DNA of 57,265 nt from Thermodesulfobacteriota bacterium (GTDB lineage: Bacteria; Desulfobacterota; GWC2-55-46; JADFVP01). Positions 36,684-47,204 of this stretch are shown here, one piece after another. The stretch spans positions 1-57,265 of the forward strand of contig DATEAM010000130.1 of assembly GCA_035288385.1 (NCBI GenBank), in the 5' to 3' direction. Position 1 is the stretch's first letter. Each line of letters begins with the position of its first letter. The notes under the pieces were generated by a model that was given only the letters and a program-made list of their open reading frames with translations, searched no databases and was not told the DNA's origin. The position numbers and the translations under genes are program-made.

Positions 36684-36827
36684 TCTAAAAATATGTTGCT
36701 AATTCCGTGACTGACGGAATCAAGGTGGCCACCACCGGGGAACGGAATCCTTTCTCTATACTGCCGACCGTCTGGGCGAACGAGGTGTGAAAGCTCTATT
36801 CACATTCAAGTCCCGGGCGGTTTTTTT
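36684..36827 (+). ncRNA. Candidate small RNA or terminated leader of about 145 nt (class not recognised)
   Basis: Bounded by the promoter above and by a terminator: ccgtctggg (36768-36776) pairs with cccgggcgg (36812-36820), encloses a second hairpin (gtgtgaa/ttcacat) and is followed by T7 (36821-27). Internally, one ATTCCGT (36702-08) can pair with either of two ACGGAAT copies (36714-20 or 36742-48). The only ORF is a 5-codon one (36693-36710). Confidence 0.4.
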
Positions 36828-36831
36828 GTTT

Positions 36832-36885
36832 CAGGGGGATGAGGGGGGGTAGGCGGGCGGGGGGTACGGGGGGGCGGGGGGGCGG
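36832..36885 (+). repeat. Intergenic G-run block (G5,G7,G3,G6,G7,G7)
   Basis: Direct reading: cagggggatgagggggggtaggcgggcggggggtacgggggggcgggggggcgg. Confidence 0.9.
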
Positions 36886-37052
36886 AGACGACCGCAGGGC
36901 GATGGGGCGGCGCCTTGAGGCCAGGGCGTCAACAGCCCCAAAAGGCTTGACAAAAATGAGATAATCTGGCACAGTTTATGCCTCAAAAAAACTTTCAATA
37001 TAATATGAGGTAGTGGAAGCTTGCCCGGGCCCTCGGGTGATTTACGCCGTAA

Positions 37053-39314
<2,262 letters not shown>

Positions 39315-39405
39315 GGACCTGCGGAAAAAGGCCTGACAGCACGTATCAGGCAATTGCATGAACTTGTTGATTTTTTTGTGTAAAATAGACTAATGGAGGT
39401 GCCCG

Positions 39406-40692
39406 ATGCAGCTTACGGGACTACTCTGGGGCTCCAAGCTCCTTTCAAAGGTCGAGTTCCCCCATGCCGAGATCCTGGGGCCTGAGGCGAGTACAGACGA
39501 GATAAAAGACCTGATAGCAAGGCACGGCTCCGTCTTCATAAAGCCCATCTTCAAGGGAGGAGTGGGCAAGAAAGGAAAATCCGGGCTCATAGGAAGGGCC
39601 TCGGACATAACCTCCGCCCTCAAGGAAAAGGAGAGGCTCTACTTCATAGAGCACGTCCACGGCACGAGCTGCGCCAAGGCCGACGGCGTGACCTTCGAGG
39701 GCGCCGTGCCGGCGGAGCACGAGGTCTATTTCTCCATAGCCGACTCCACCGTGTACCGCGCCCCGACGATGACGATCTCTCACTGCGGCGGGGTGGACAT
39801 AGAGGAGCTTGGAAAAGACAAGATAAAGGAGGTCCCCTTCGACCCTTTAACGGGACTTAAGAGCTTCCACGTATCCAACGCCCTGGATGACCTCGGGGCG
39901 CCAAGCGGGATAATAAGCCCCCTTGTCCAGAACCTCCCCAAGCTCTGGACCCTCTTCAACAACTACGGGATGGCCACCCTGGAGCTGAACCCCATAAGGA
40001 TGATGTGCACGAAGGGCCGCCGTCTCCTGCCCGTTGCCTGCGACTTCAAGGGCGCCTTTGACATTGACAACCCCGCCTGGAAGAGGCTCGGCCTTCCTAC
40101 ACACCTCTTCGCCTCTGACTACTCGGAGTTCGAACAGGAGATAAACCAGCTCAGGACCTACCAGGGCCAGAGCGACGTATTCGTTATAAACCCGAAGGGC
40201 ACGATTACCTCGCCCACCTTCGGCGGGGGGGCCAACGCCCTCGTGACCGAGCTCCTCGGGGACAGGGCCACCATCAGCTCGGACTTCGGAGGGAACCCCC
40301 CATACGAGAAGATGTTCCAGATATCCAAGATAGTCTTCAAGTACTGGCTCAAGCAGAGTAACGTCCTCTTCATAATCGGCGGGAAGGCTAACAACACCGA
40401 CATCTTCGAGACCTTCAGGGCCATGGCCGACGCCCTTAGAGAGCACTTCAGCAAGACGGGGCCCACCCCGCTCTTCGTCGTCATAGGAAGGGGCGGCCCC
40501 AACCTCGTCAGAGGCATGGCCTACATGAGGGACACCCTCGACAACCTCCGTCTGCCCTACAGGATATTCGGCCATGACTCCGCCATGAGCGAGGTCGTGA
40601 ACTTCGCCCTGAAGGCCGACGAGTGGATGGAGCGCGAGGGTAGAAACCTGGTCGAGGCGAGCCTGAAGGGTGAGGCCGTAAAGGCCATTTAA
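39406..40692 (+). CDS. aclB: ATP-citrate lyase beta (small, ATP-grasp / succinyl-CoA-synthetase-beta-like) subunit
   Basis: ATP-grasp N-terminus (VFIKPIFKGGVGKKGKSGLIG) ... MATLELNPI ... FGGGANA ... VVIGRGGPN. 428 aa, immediately upstream of the alpha subunit. Confidence 0.8.
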   Translation: MQLTGLLWGSKLLSKVEFPHAEILGPEASTDEIKDLIARHGSVFIKPIFKGGVGKKGKSGLIGRASDITSALKEKERLYFIEHVHGTSCAKADGVTFEGAVPAEHEVYFSIADSTVYRAPTMTISHCGGVDIEELGKDKIKEVPFDPLTGLKSFHVSNALDDLGAPSGIISPLVQNLPKLWTLFNNYGMATLELNPIRMMCTKGRRLLPVACDFKGAFDIDNPAWKRLGLPTHLFASDYSEFEQEINQLRTYQGQSDVFVINPKGTITSPTFGGGANALVTELLGDRATISSDFGGNPPYEKMFQISKIVFKYWLKQSNVLFIIGGKANNTDIFETFRAMADALREHFSKTGPTPLFVVIGRGGPNLVRGMAYMRDTLDNLRLPYRIFGHDSAMSEVVNFALKADEWMEREGRNLVEASLKGEAVKAI

Positions 40693-40752
40693 TCCCGATT
40701 GTTGGCTTAATTACTTAATAAAATGCTTGAAAAATAAAAGGAAGGCACGGAC

Positions 40753-43464
40753 ATGCATAAAGCAGGCGTAAAAAAATTCCCCTATTACGTTGGAATAAAC
40801 TCACTCGACGAGGTGGCAACCCGTGATGACCGCGTCGTCGTCTTGAACATACTCGGCACCGAGAGCCACGGCGTAACCCCTGTAAGCCACGCCTTCTCCG
40901 GCGGCAACGTGGTCTTCGGCACGAGCCCCGGACGCTCCGGGCAGGTCCTCGAGACCCCGGACGGGGAGATCCCCGTATACAACTCCATTAGAGAGGGGAG
41001 AAAGGCCGGGCACAGGTTCAACACCGCCGTCATATACCTCCCGCCCTCCGGAGTCAGGGACGGTGTAGCCGAGGCAGTCAGGCACAACCCGGACCTCAGG
41101 AAGGTCATCATATTGACTGAAAAGGTCTCTGTCAACGACGCGAGAACCATACGCGCCATATGCCAGGCCAACGGAGTTGACGTCTTCGGCGCGAACTGCC
41201 TCGGTGTAGCCGACGCCTGGAACAGGGTGAGGATAGGCGGGGCCCTCGGAGGCAGCAAACCTGACGAATCGCTCGTTAAGGGCTCCATCGCCCTCTTCTC
41301 CAACTCAGGAAACTTCACCACCACCATAGCCGTGTACCTCCTTACCAGGGTCTGGGGCACGACGACGAGCATATCGAGCGGCAAGGACGTCTACATCCAC
41401 TTCGCACCCCACGAGTTCTTCAACGCCCTCGACAACGACAAAAGGTCGAAGGGCGCCGTAATATACGTGGAGCCCGGCGGGTACTACGAGCACGGCCTCG
41501 AGATAAACAAGCCCACTGTGGCCTGCGTGGTGGGGCGCTGGAAGGCCCGGCTCACAAAGGCCTGCGGCCACGCCGGAAGCCTCGCCGGCTCCGGGGACGA
41601 CGCCCGCGCGAAGGAGCAGTGGTTCATGGACGACTTCGGGGTGGACGGCATCTATACCCCGGAGAAACCCGTCTTCTCGAAGAAGGGCGCCGTGGTAACC
41701 AACATAGCCCACATACCGGAGGCCCTCTCTAAAGTAATGGAGCTTAACGGCATAAAGCCGGACTTCGAGCCCAGGGGAGACCTGTCGCTAAAGTGCTGGT
41801 TCGCCTTCAACTCCGGGGTCTCTCTTCCCGAGGAGCTCGACGTGCCCGTGATTAGGGCCGTGGAGCCTTACGGAGGCCAGATTGAGCAGGTTAACAGGCA
41901 GATAGGCGCCCAGTTCCCCCGCCAGTCCATGAAGGACGCCTCCGGGGCCTCGATGATGGACCCGAAGACACAGGTCACGAAGGTACACAACCTCTCCATA
42001 CTCGACGCATCGAAACGCACCCTTGAGGATAACCTCGTCTTCTCCCTCCTGAAGACCTACCCGGACGAGTACGGACGCACCCTCGCCAACATAGCCTTCA
42101 ACTCCTGGGTGAACCACCACGCCGACCCGGCCCTCGCCGCGGCGGACGCGTCCAGGGAGGCGGAGAACTCCCCGAACACGGCCCTAAGCGCCGCCGTGTC
42201 GATAATGGGCAGGGGCAGGGTAAAGGACTCCGTGGAGACCTCAACGCTCCTCCTCGAGCTCTTCGGGTCAACGGGACTTAAATCCCCGTCGGAGGAGTTC
42301 GACTTCTCGAAAATCTTGAAGGGGCTTAAAAAGGAAGAGAAGGGGTCGTTAACGGCGTCCAAGGACGATAAACTCGCTGCCTCTATCCTCAAGAACCTCG
42401 ACGGGCTCGACAGGAAGTCCGTCTTCGTGGAGTTCGTAAAAGAGGCCTCGGGAGGGAGACCCTCGACAGGGGCCCTTGTGTCGGCCATATGGATGACGCT
42501 CGCCTGGGAGCCCCTGATGGCCAAGAAGATATCGAAGGTAACCATTACGGAGCTTCCCTGGTACTCGAGGGTCTTTTCGGCCATCGTCGGGTGCAGCGTG
42601 CCCGCTGTGAGGCACGCCGAGGGCGAGTTCTGCGGCGTGAAGACGGACAAGCTCATAAAGGAATGGTCCTTTACCGAGACGGCCTTCCTCGCCCTTATCG
42701 GCAGGAGGCCGACGGAAAAAGAGCTCTTCGAGTTTTCCATGCTCCTCGGGCTCATCATATCCAACGGACCGGGCACCATCTCCGCCCAGGGCTCCAAGGG
42801 CGCCGTCTCGGCCGACGGCCCCGAGGACCCCGGCAGGGTCCAGATAAACAAGGCCTTCGTGGGCTTCATGACCCACACGGGTTTCGCCCACGGGGGAAAC
42901 GGCTACGAGGCCATCGCCTTCCTCATAGAGAGGTTCAAGGACACCGGCCTCAAGGACCCGGCGAGCAAGGACCACGGCATAGACCTCAAAAAGATAGCCG
43001 ACGGGTACGCGAACTGGTACAGCGGCTACAAGGCCGAGCAGAAGGCCGTGGGCAACATCGAGTACAAGAAGATACCCTGCGTGAACCACCCCGTCTTCAA
43101 GGGCAAGCCCGTCAACTTCGACCCGAGGGAGAGGTTCGTCTCCGAGCTCTTCGAGGCAAAGGGCATATACAACGTCTTCCTCGACTTCTACGGCAAGCTC
43201 GTCCTCTCGCTCTTCGAGACCGGGGTATCGAAGGACGTATACTGCGTCAACGTGGACGCCGTTATAGCGGTGATACTCCTGAAGGTCGTGTGGGACGCCT
43301 ACAGGTCTGGCAAGATGACGGATAAAGAGGTCGAATCGGCGGCCTTTACCACCTTCGTATTCGGCCGCATGATAGGCTGCGCGGCGGAGATAGACGACCA
43401 CATAAACAGGGGCCGCAACATGGACACGAGGACGGCGGCGTCCAAGTGCTCCTTTGTCGGCTGA
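40753..43464 (+). CDS. aclA: ATP-citrate lyase alpha (large) subunit, long form: SCS-alpha-like domain + about 300-aa extra region + citrate-synthase-like lyase domain
   Basis: CoA-binding/SCS-alpha part (VVVLNILG ... VFGTSPGRSGQ ... IPVYNS ... GANCLGV ... phospho-His loop ACGHAGSLAGSG, His codon 41569-71). The C-terminal citrate-synthase-like motifs are FAHGGNGYEA, IPCVNHPVFK and AEIDDH. Confidence 0.8.
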   Translation: MHKAGVKKFPYYVGINSLDEVATRDDRVVVLNILGTESHGVTPVSHAFSGGNVVFGTSPGRSGQVLETPDGEIPVYNSIREGRKAGHRFNTAVIYLPPSGVRDGVAEAVRHNPDLRKVIILTEKVSVNDARTIRAICQANGVDVFGANCLGVADAWNRVRIGGALGGSKPDESLVKGSIALFSNSGNFTTTIAVYLLTRVWGTTTSISSGKDVYIHFAPHEFFNALDNDKRSKGAVIYVEPGGYYEHGLEINKPTVACVVGRWKARLTKACGHAGSLAGSGDDARAKEQWFMDDFGVDGIYTPEKPVFSKKGAVVTNIAHIPEALSKVMELNGIKPDFEPRGDLSLKCWFAFNSGVSLPEELDVPVIRAVEPYGGQIEQVNRQIGAQFPRQSMKDASGASMMDPKTQVTKVHNLSILDASKRTLEDNLVFSLLKTYPDEYGRTLANIAFNSWVNHHADPALAAADASREAENSPNTALSAAVSIMGRGRVKDSVETSTLLLELFGSTGLKSPSEEFDFSKILKGLKKEEKGSLTASKDDKLAASILKNLDGLDRKSVFVEFVKEASGGRPSTGALVSAIWMTLAWEPLMAKKISKVTITELPWYSRVFSAIVGCSVPAVRHAEGEFCGVKTDKLIKEWSFTETAFLALIGRRPTEKELFEFSMLLGLIISNGPGTISAQGSKGAVSADGPEDPGRVQINKAFVGFMTHTGFAHGGNGYEAIAFLIERFKDTGLKDPASKDHGIDLKKIADGYANWYSGYKAEQKAVGNIEYKKIPCVNHPVFKGKPVNFDPRERFVSELFEAKGIYNVFLDFYGKLVLSLFETGVSKDVYCVNVDAVIAVILLKVVWDAYRSGKMTDKEVESAAFTTFVFGRMIGCAAEIDDHINRGRNMDTRTAASKCSFVG

Positions 43465-43490
43465 CAGACGTCAATAAAGACGCCCGGACC

Positions 43491-43527
43491 GAGAAACCCG
43501 GACCCCCTGGTCCGGGTTTCTCTTTTT
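43491..43527 (+). terminator. Strong rho-independent terminator after aclA
   Basis: 14-bp perfect stem gagaaacccggacc / ggtccgggtttctc, 4-nt loop, T5. Confidence 0.85.
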
Positions 43528-43627
43528 ACGCGAAAAAGACCGAAAAGAGACGGGTCTTTTCAATTGACAAGGTTTTTGTCATAAGATAACATTTCAAGAA
43601 CGCCATAGAAACGGGGGAAAGTGTACC

Positions 43628-44296
43628 TTGAGGCCGAGAGACCACTTTAAAGAGAGCAAGAACTTCATAACTTACAGCGTCGCAGCCGCCGTCATAGGCA
43701 CGCTCCTGGCCCTTTCCATGGGCGGGTGTGGTAGGGGCGAGGAGGGCGAGATAATATCGTCCAAGAGGGTTCAGATCGCGCTGGAGGAGACTGAGAACGA
43801 GGAGTACGGCGCCGAGGAGGACGAGACCCCCGAGGCGGTAGAAGAGGAGGCCCGGGCCATAGAGGAAAAGGCATCCGCCCCCCAGGCCCTTCCTGTCCCC
43901 GCTCCCGCTCTCACCCCTTCGGCCGAAAGGAAGGAGACCGTAAGGCCGGCCCCTCCTCCCCCCCAGGCTCCCGTAAAGACCGCCAAAAAGGAGCCGGCAA
44001 AGACCGCCACGAAGGCCGTTTCCGCCGAGAAGGTCTGGGCCGTGAACGTAGCCTCATTTTCGAAGGTCGTGGACGCATTGAAGCTCAAGGACGACCTCGA
44101 TGCCTCTGGCTATAACGCCTACGTCACCCGGTTCGACGACGGGAAAAAGACCTGGCACCGCGTGAGGGTGGGTTTTTACTCCTCCAGGGACGAGGCAGAC
44201 CGTGCGGGGGACTCCATAGCGAAAAAGTACACCTCCGTGGGGGACCCCTGGGTAGTAAAGCCTGAGAGCTCGGAGATACGCGCCAACAGAAAATAG
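43628..44296 (+). CDS. SPOR-domain (septal peptidoglycan-binding) protein
   Basis: N-terminal TM, an acidic then Pro/Ala/Lys-rich linker, and a C-terminal SPOR fold: WAVNVASFSKVVDALKLKDDLDASGYNAYV ... WHRVRVGFYSSRDEADRA. TTG start as listed. Confidence 0.75.
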   Translation: MRPRDHFKESKNFITYSVAAAVIGTLLALSMGGCGRGEEGEIISSKRVQIALEETENEEYGAEEDETPEAVEEEARAIEEKASAPQALPVPAPALTPSAERKETVRPAPPPPQAPVKTAKKEPAKTATKAVSAEKVWAVNVASFSKVVDALKLKDDLDASGYNAYVTRFDDGKKTWHRVRVGFYSSRDEADRAGDSIAKKYTSVGDPWVVKPESSEIRANRK

Positions 44297-44389
44297 CTTT
44301 TTATTAATAATCCAGGACGTTAAGGCGCAAGTCCCATGGTTTGCCAGAAGTTTTTTACGCCCCTGGGACCAAGGCCCTGAGTTAAGACC

Positions 44390-45796
44390 ATGCGCGACAA
44401 AGCCGAAAACAGCGAAAAGAAGGTCTTTCTCGAGACCTTCGGCTGCCAGATGAACGACAACGACTCCGAGAGGCTCCTCGGCTTCCTAAGCGGTATGAAC
44501 TACGTGCCTACCGGGGAGCCGCAGGGTGCAGACCTCATAATAATAAACACCTGTTCCATCCGCGACAAGGCCGAGCAGAAGGTATATTCAACCCTCGGCA
44601 GGTTCAGGGCGATGAAGGATGAGAACCCCGGGCTTATAATAGGCGTCGCCGGCTGCGTGGCACAGCAGGCCGGTGAAAAGCTCCTCAAGAGGGCCCCTTA
44701 CCTCGACATGGTGGTGGGGACCAATAACGTGCACAGGATAGAGTCCCTTATAGACGAGGTCTCCCGGAGGAAGACAAGAGTGGTGGCTACGGAGATGAAC
44801 CCGGCAATAGACGCCGGGGAATACTCCGAAAGATACTTAAACTCCGGTCCCAGGGCCTTCGTGAGCATCATGCGGGGCTGCGACAACTTCTGCTCTTACT
44901 GCATCGTGCCCTTTACGAGGGGCAGGGAGGTGAGCAGGACCTCGTCAGAGATAATCGACGAGGTGCGCCGCCTCGCCGACATGGGCGTAAGAGAGGTTAC
45001 GCTCATCGGCCAGAACGTAAACTCCTACCGCGACCCTGAGAAGGGGGGAGAGTGGGCAGGGGGGGCAGGGGGGGCAGAGGGGGTCGGTTTTACCGGGCTT
45101 CTAAGGGGGGTGGCCGCCGTGGAGGGCATAGAGAGGGTAAGGTTCATAACCTCGCACCCGAAGGACATCTCCGGCGAATTAATCGGGCTTTTCAAGGACG
45201 AGCCGAAACTCTGCCGCCATATGCACCTGCCCGTGCAGTCCGGCTCTGACGCAGTGTTAAAGAGGATGGGCAGGGGCTATACGAGGCAGGCCTACCTCGA
45301 AAAGGTCTACCAGTTGAAGGAACTCTATCCCGATATGGCCGTTACCACCGACGTAATCGTCGGTTTTCCAGGCGAGACGAAGGCCGACTTCCGACTCACC
45401 ATGGACCTTGTGGAGGCCGTAAGGTACGACGGCATATTCTCCTTCAAGTACTCGCCGAGGCCAGGCACCAGGGCCGCGGGATTTGACGGACAGGTGCCTG
45501 ATGAGGTAAAATCAGATAGACTCTCCGTTTTGCAGGAGGCCCAGAAGGGGATTGCCGCCGAGAGGAACACCTCCCTCTTGGGAAAGACCCTCGAGGTCCT
45601 CGTGGAGGGCGGTAGCAGGCTCGACGCTACGGAGCTGACGGGCAGGTCCCCCTGCAACAGGGTGGTCAACTTCCCCGCCCCCGCCGCAGAAGGGCTCGCG
45701 GCCGGGATGCTCGCATACGTCGGGATAACCGCCGCGTTCACCAACTCGCTACGCGGGATATATAAAGAAAGGAGTGAGTCATGTTCTTGGAGATGA
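44390..45796 (+). CDS. miaB: tRNA-i6A37 methylthiotransferase
   Basis: UPF0004 N-domain (FLETFGCQMN, NTCSIR, GC), radical-SAM CDNFCSYCIVP and a TRAM C-terminus. Carries an in-frame G-run block at 45043-45083. Confidence 0.93.
   Translation: MRDKAENSEKKVFLETFGCQMNDNDSERLLGFLSGMNYVPTGEPQGADLIIINTCSIRDKAEQKVYSTLGRFRAMKDENPGLIIGVAGCVAQQAGEKLLKRAPYLDMVVGTNNVHRIESLIDEVSRRKTRVVATEMNPAIDAGEYSERYLNSGPRAFVSIMRGCDNFCSYCIVPFTRGREVSRTSSEIIDEVRRLADMGVREVTLIGQNVNSYRDPEKGGEWAGGAGGAEGVGFTGLLRGVAAVEGIERVRFITSHPKDISGELIGLFKDEPKLCRHMHLPVQSGSDAVLKRMGRGYTRQAYLEKVYQLKELYPDMAVTTDVIVGFPGETKADFRLTMDLVEAVRYDGIFSFKYSPRPGTRAAGFDGQVPDEVKSDRLSVLQEAQKGIAAERNTSLLGKTLEVLVEGGSRLDATELTGRSPCNRVVNFPAPAAEGLAAGMLAYVGITAAFTNSLRGIYKERSESCSWR
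45043..45083 (+). repeat. G-run block with repeated CAGGGGGGG units, in-frame in miaB (GGEWAGGAGGAEG)
   Basis: Direct reading: ggggggagagtgggcagggggggcagggggggcagaggggg. Confidence 0.9.
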
Positions 45797-46278
45797 GGGT
45801 CTTCGGCATCACGATAGACCCCTTTACGAACGCGCCTATAGTGATACTGAAGGACCTCGAGGAAAAGAACTCGCTCCCCGTGTGGATAGGGGTCCTCGAG
45901 GCGAGCGCCATCGCGGCCGAGCTCGAAAAGATACAGTTCTCCAGGCCCATGACCCACGACCTGATGAAGAACATCCTGAGGAACCTCGATATATCGGTGG
46001 ACAGGATCGAGGTGAGCGATCTTAAGGACAACGTCTACTACGCCAGGATCCACCTCAACTCGCTCGGAAACCCGTTCGTCGTGGACGCGAGGCCCTCTGA
46101 CGCCATAGCGCTGGCCCTCAGAATGAGCTCGCCCATATTCGTCGACACCAAGGTCCTCGACAAGTCCAAGACCGTGGACATGCGCGCCGAAGATCTCAAG
46201 AAGGGGCGGGGCTCAAAGGACCTTCTCGATATGCTCGAAGAACTCTCCCCCGAGGACTTCGGTAAATATAAGATGTAA
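45781..46278 (+). CDS. Bifunctional nuclease (BFN/DUF151) family protein
   Basis: PIVILKD ... LPVWIGVLEASAIA ... RPMTHDL ... ARIHL ... DARPSDAIALALR. Overlaps the miaB 3' end by 16 nt. Confidence 0.8.
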   Translation: MFLEMRVFGITIDPFTNAPIVILKDLEEKNSLPVWIGVLEASAIAAELEKIQFSRPMTHDLMKNILRNLDISVDRIEVSDLKDNVYYARIHLNSLGNPFVVDARPSDAIALALRMSSPIFVDTKVLDKSKTVDMRAEDLKKGRGSKDLLDMLEELSPEDFGKYKM

Positions 46279-46293
46279 AGAGCCCTCGGCAGT

Positions 46294-46351
46294 GGGGCAG
46301 CGGGGGGGGTGGCGGGAGGGGGTAGGGGGCAGGGGGCAAAAAGGTCGGGGG
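46294..46351 (+). repeat. Intergenic G-run block (G4,G8,G3,G5,G5,G5,G5)
   Basis: Direct reading, starting 16 nt after the BFN stop. Confidence 0.9.
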
Positions 46352-46501
46352 TCCGACAATCACCTTCCCCTGTTCACAGGGCCGCAGAGTTTTTTCACAC
46401 GATGAGTTGATATCCAGTAAAACGCTTGCCCGTCCCCGGACCGGGGTTTTGAAATTTCCGTAAAAAATCATTTGCGAAAGCCGGGGCCCCTTTGAGGCGC
46501 C

Positions 46502-46537
46502 GGGGGGGCTGGGCGCCGGGGGGGAGGGGGGGGGAGG
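46502..46537 (+). repeat. Intergenic G-run block (G7,G3,G7,G9) abutting the RBS of the PHP gene
   Basis: Direct reading: gggggggctgggcgccgggggggagggggggggagg. Ends 14 nt before the ATG at 46551. Confidence 0.9.
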
Positions 46538-46550
46538 ACCGAGTGAATCC

Positions 46551-47204
46551 ATGATAGACTTCCATACGCATTCCCTTATAAGCGACGGGTATCTCCTGCC
46601 GAGCGAGCTCGCCAGGAGGGCGCGCGTCCTCGGGTACAAGGCCATTGCCATAACGGACCACGCCGACGAGTCCAACCTCGACACCGTCATAGCCCATCTT
46701 GCAAAGGCGGCCCTTGCACTCACAAGGAGCGCCGATATTATCGTCATCCCCGGTGTAGAGCTTACGCACATACCGCCAGGGGACATCCCGGGGATGGTAA
46801 AAAAGGCCCGCTCTCTCGGCTCAAAGGTCGTCGTGGGCCACGGGGAAACGCTCGCCGAGCCGGTGGCCCCGGGCACGAATTCGGCCTTCATAAGGGCGAA
46901 GGTCGACGTCCTCGCCCACACCGGCCTCGTCACTAAAGCCGAGGCCGGGCTTGCCGTGAAAAACTCGGTTTATTTCGAGATAACGGCCCGAAAGGGCCAC
47001 AGCCTCTCAAACGGCCACGTGGCAAAGGTGGCTCAGTCCTCGGGCGTGAAGATGCTCCTGAATACCGACGCGCACGCCCCCGAGGACCTCATCACCGTGG
47101 ATACCGCCCTCAAGGTGGCTCTCGGGGCCGGCCTTACTGAAAAAGATTTTGCGCGGATGGAGGAAGATGCACGCGAACTCGTCGACAAGGTCTCTCGCAG
47201 GTAG
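46551..47204 (+). CDS. PHP-domain metal-dependent phosphoesterase (histidinol-phosphatase-like)
   Basis: MIDFHTHSLISDG ... AIAITDHAD ... GVELTH ... GHGE ... NTDAH. Confidence 0.8.
   Translation: MIDFHTHSLISDGYLLPSELARRARVLGYKAIAITDHADESNLDTVIAHLAKAALALTRSADIIVIPGVELTHIPPGDIPGMVKKARSLGSKVVVGHGETLAEPVAPGTNSAFIRAKVDVLAHTGLVTKAEAGLAVKNSVYFEITARKGHSLSNGHVAKVAQSSGVKMLLNTDAHAPEDLITVDTALKVALGAGLTEKDFARMEEDARELVDKVSRR

Noticed and set aside
36967-36982. A sigma54-like motif TGGCACAGTTTATGCC 125 nt upstream of icd.
   Set aside because: The GG-N10-GC spacing is right, but there are three mismatches to TGGCACG-N4-TTGCW, the gene is housekeeping or horizontally acquired, and a TATAAT (37008-37013) lies closer to it. 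The motif is too weak to call.
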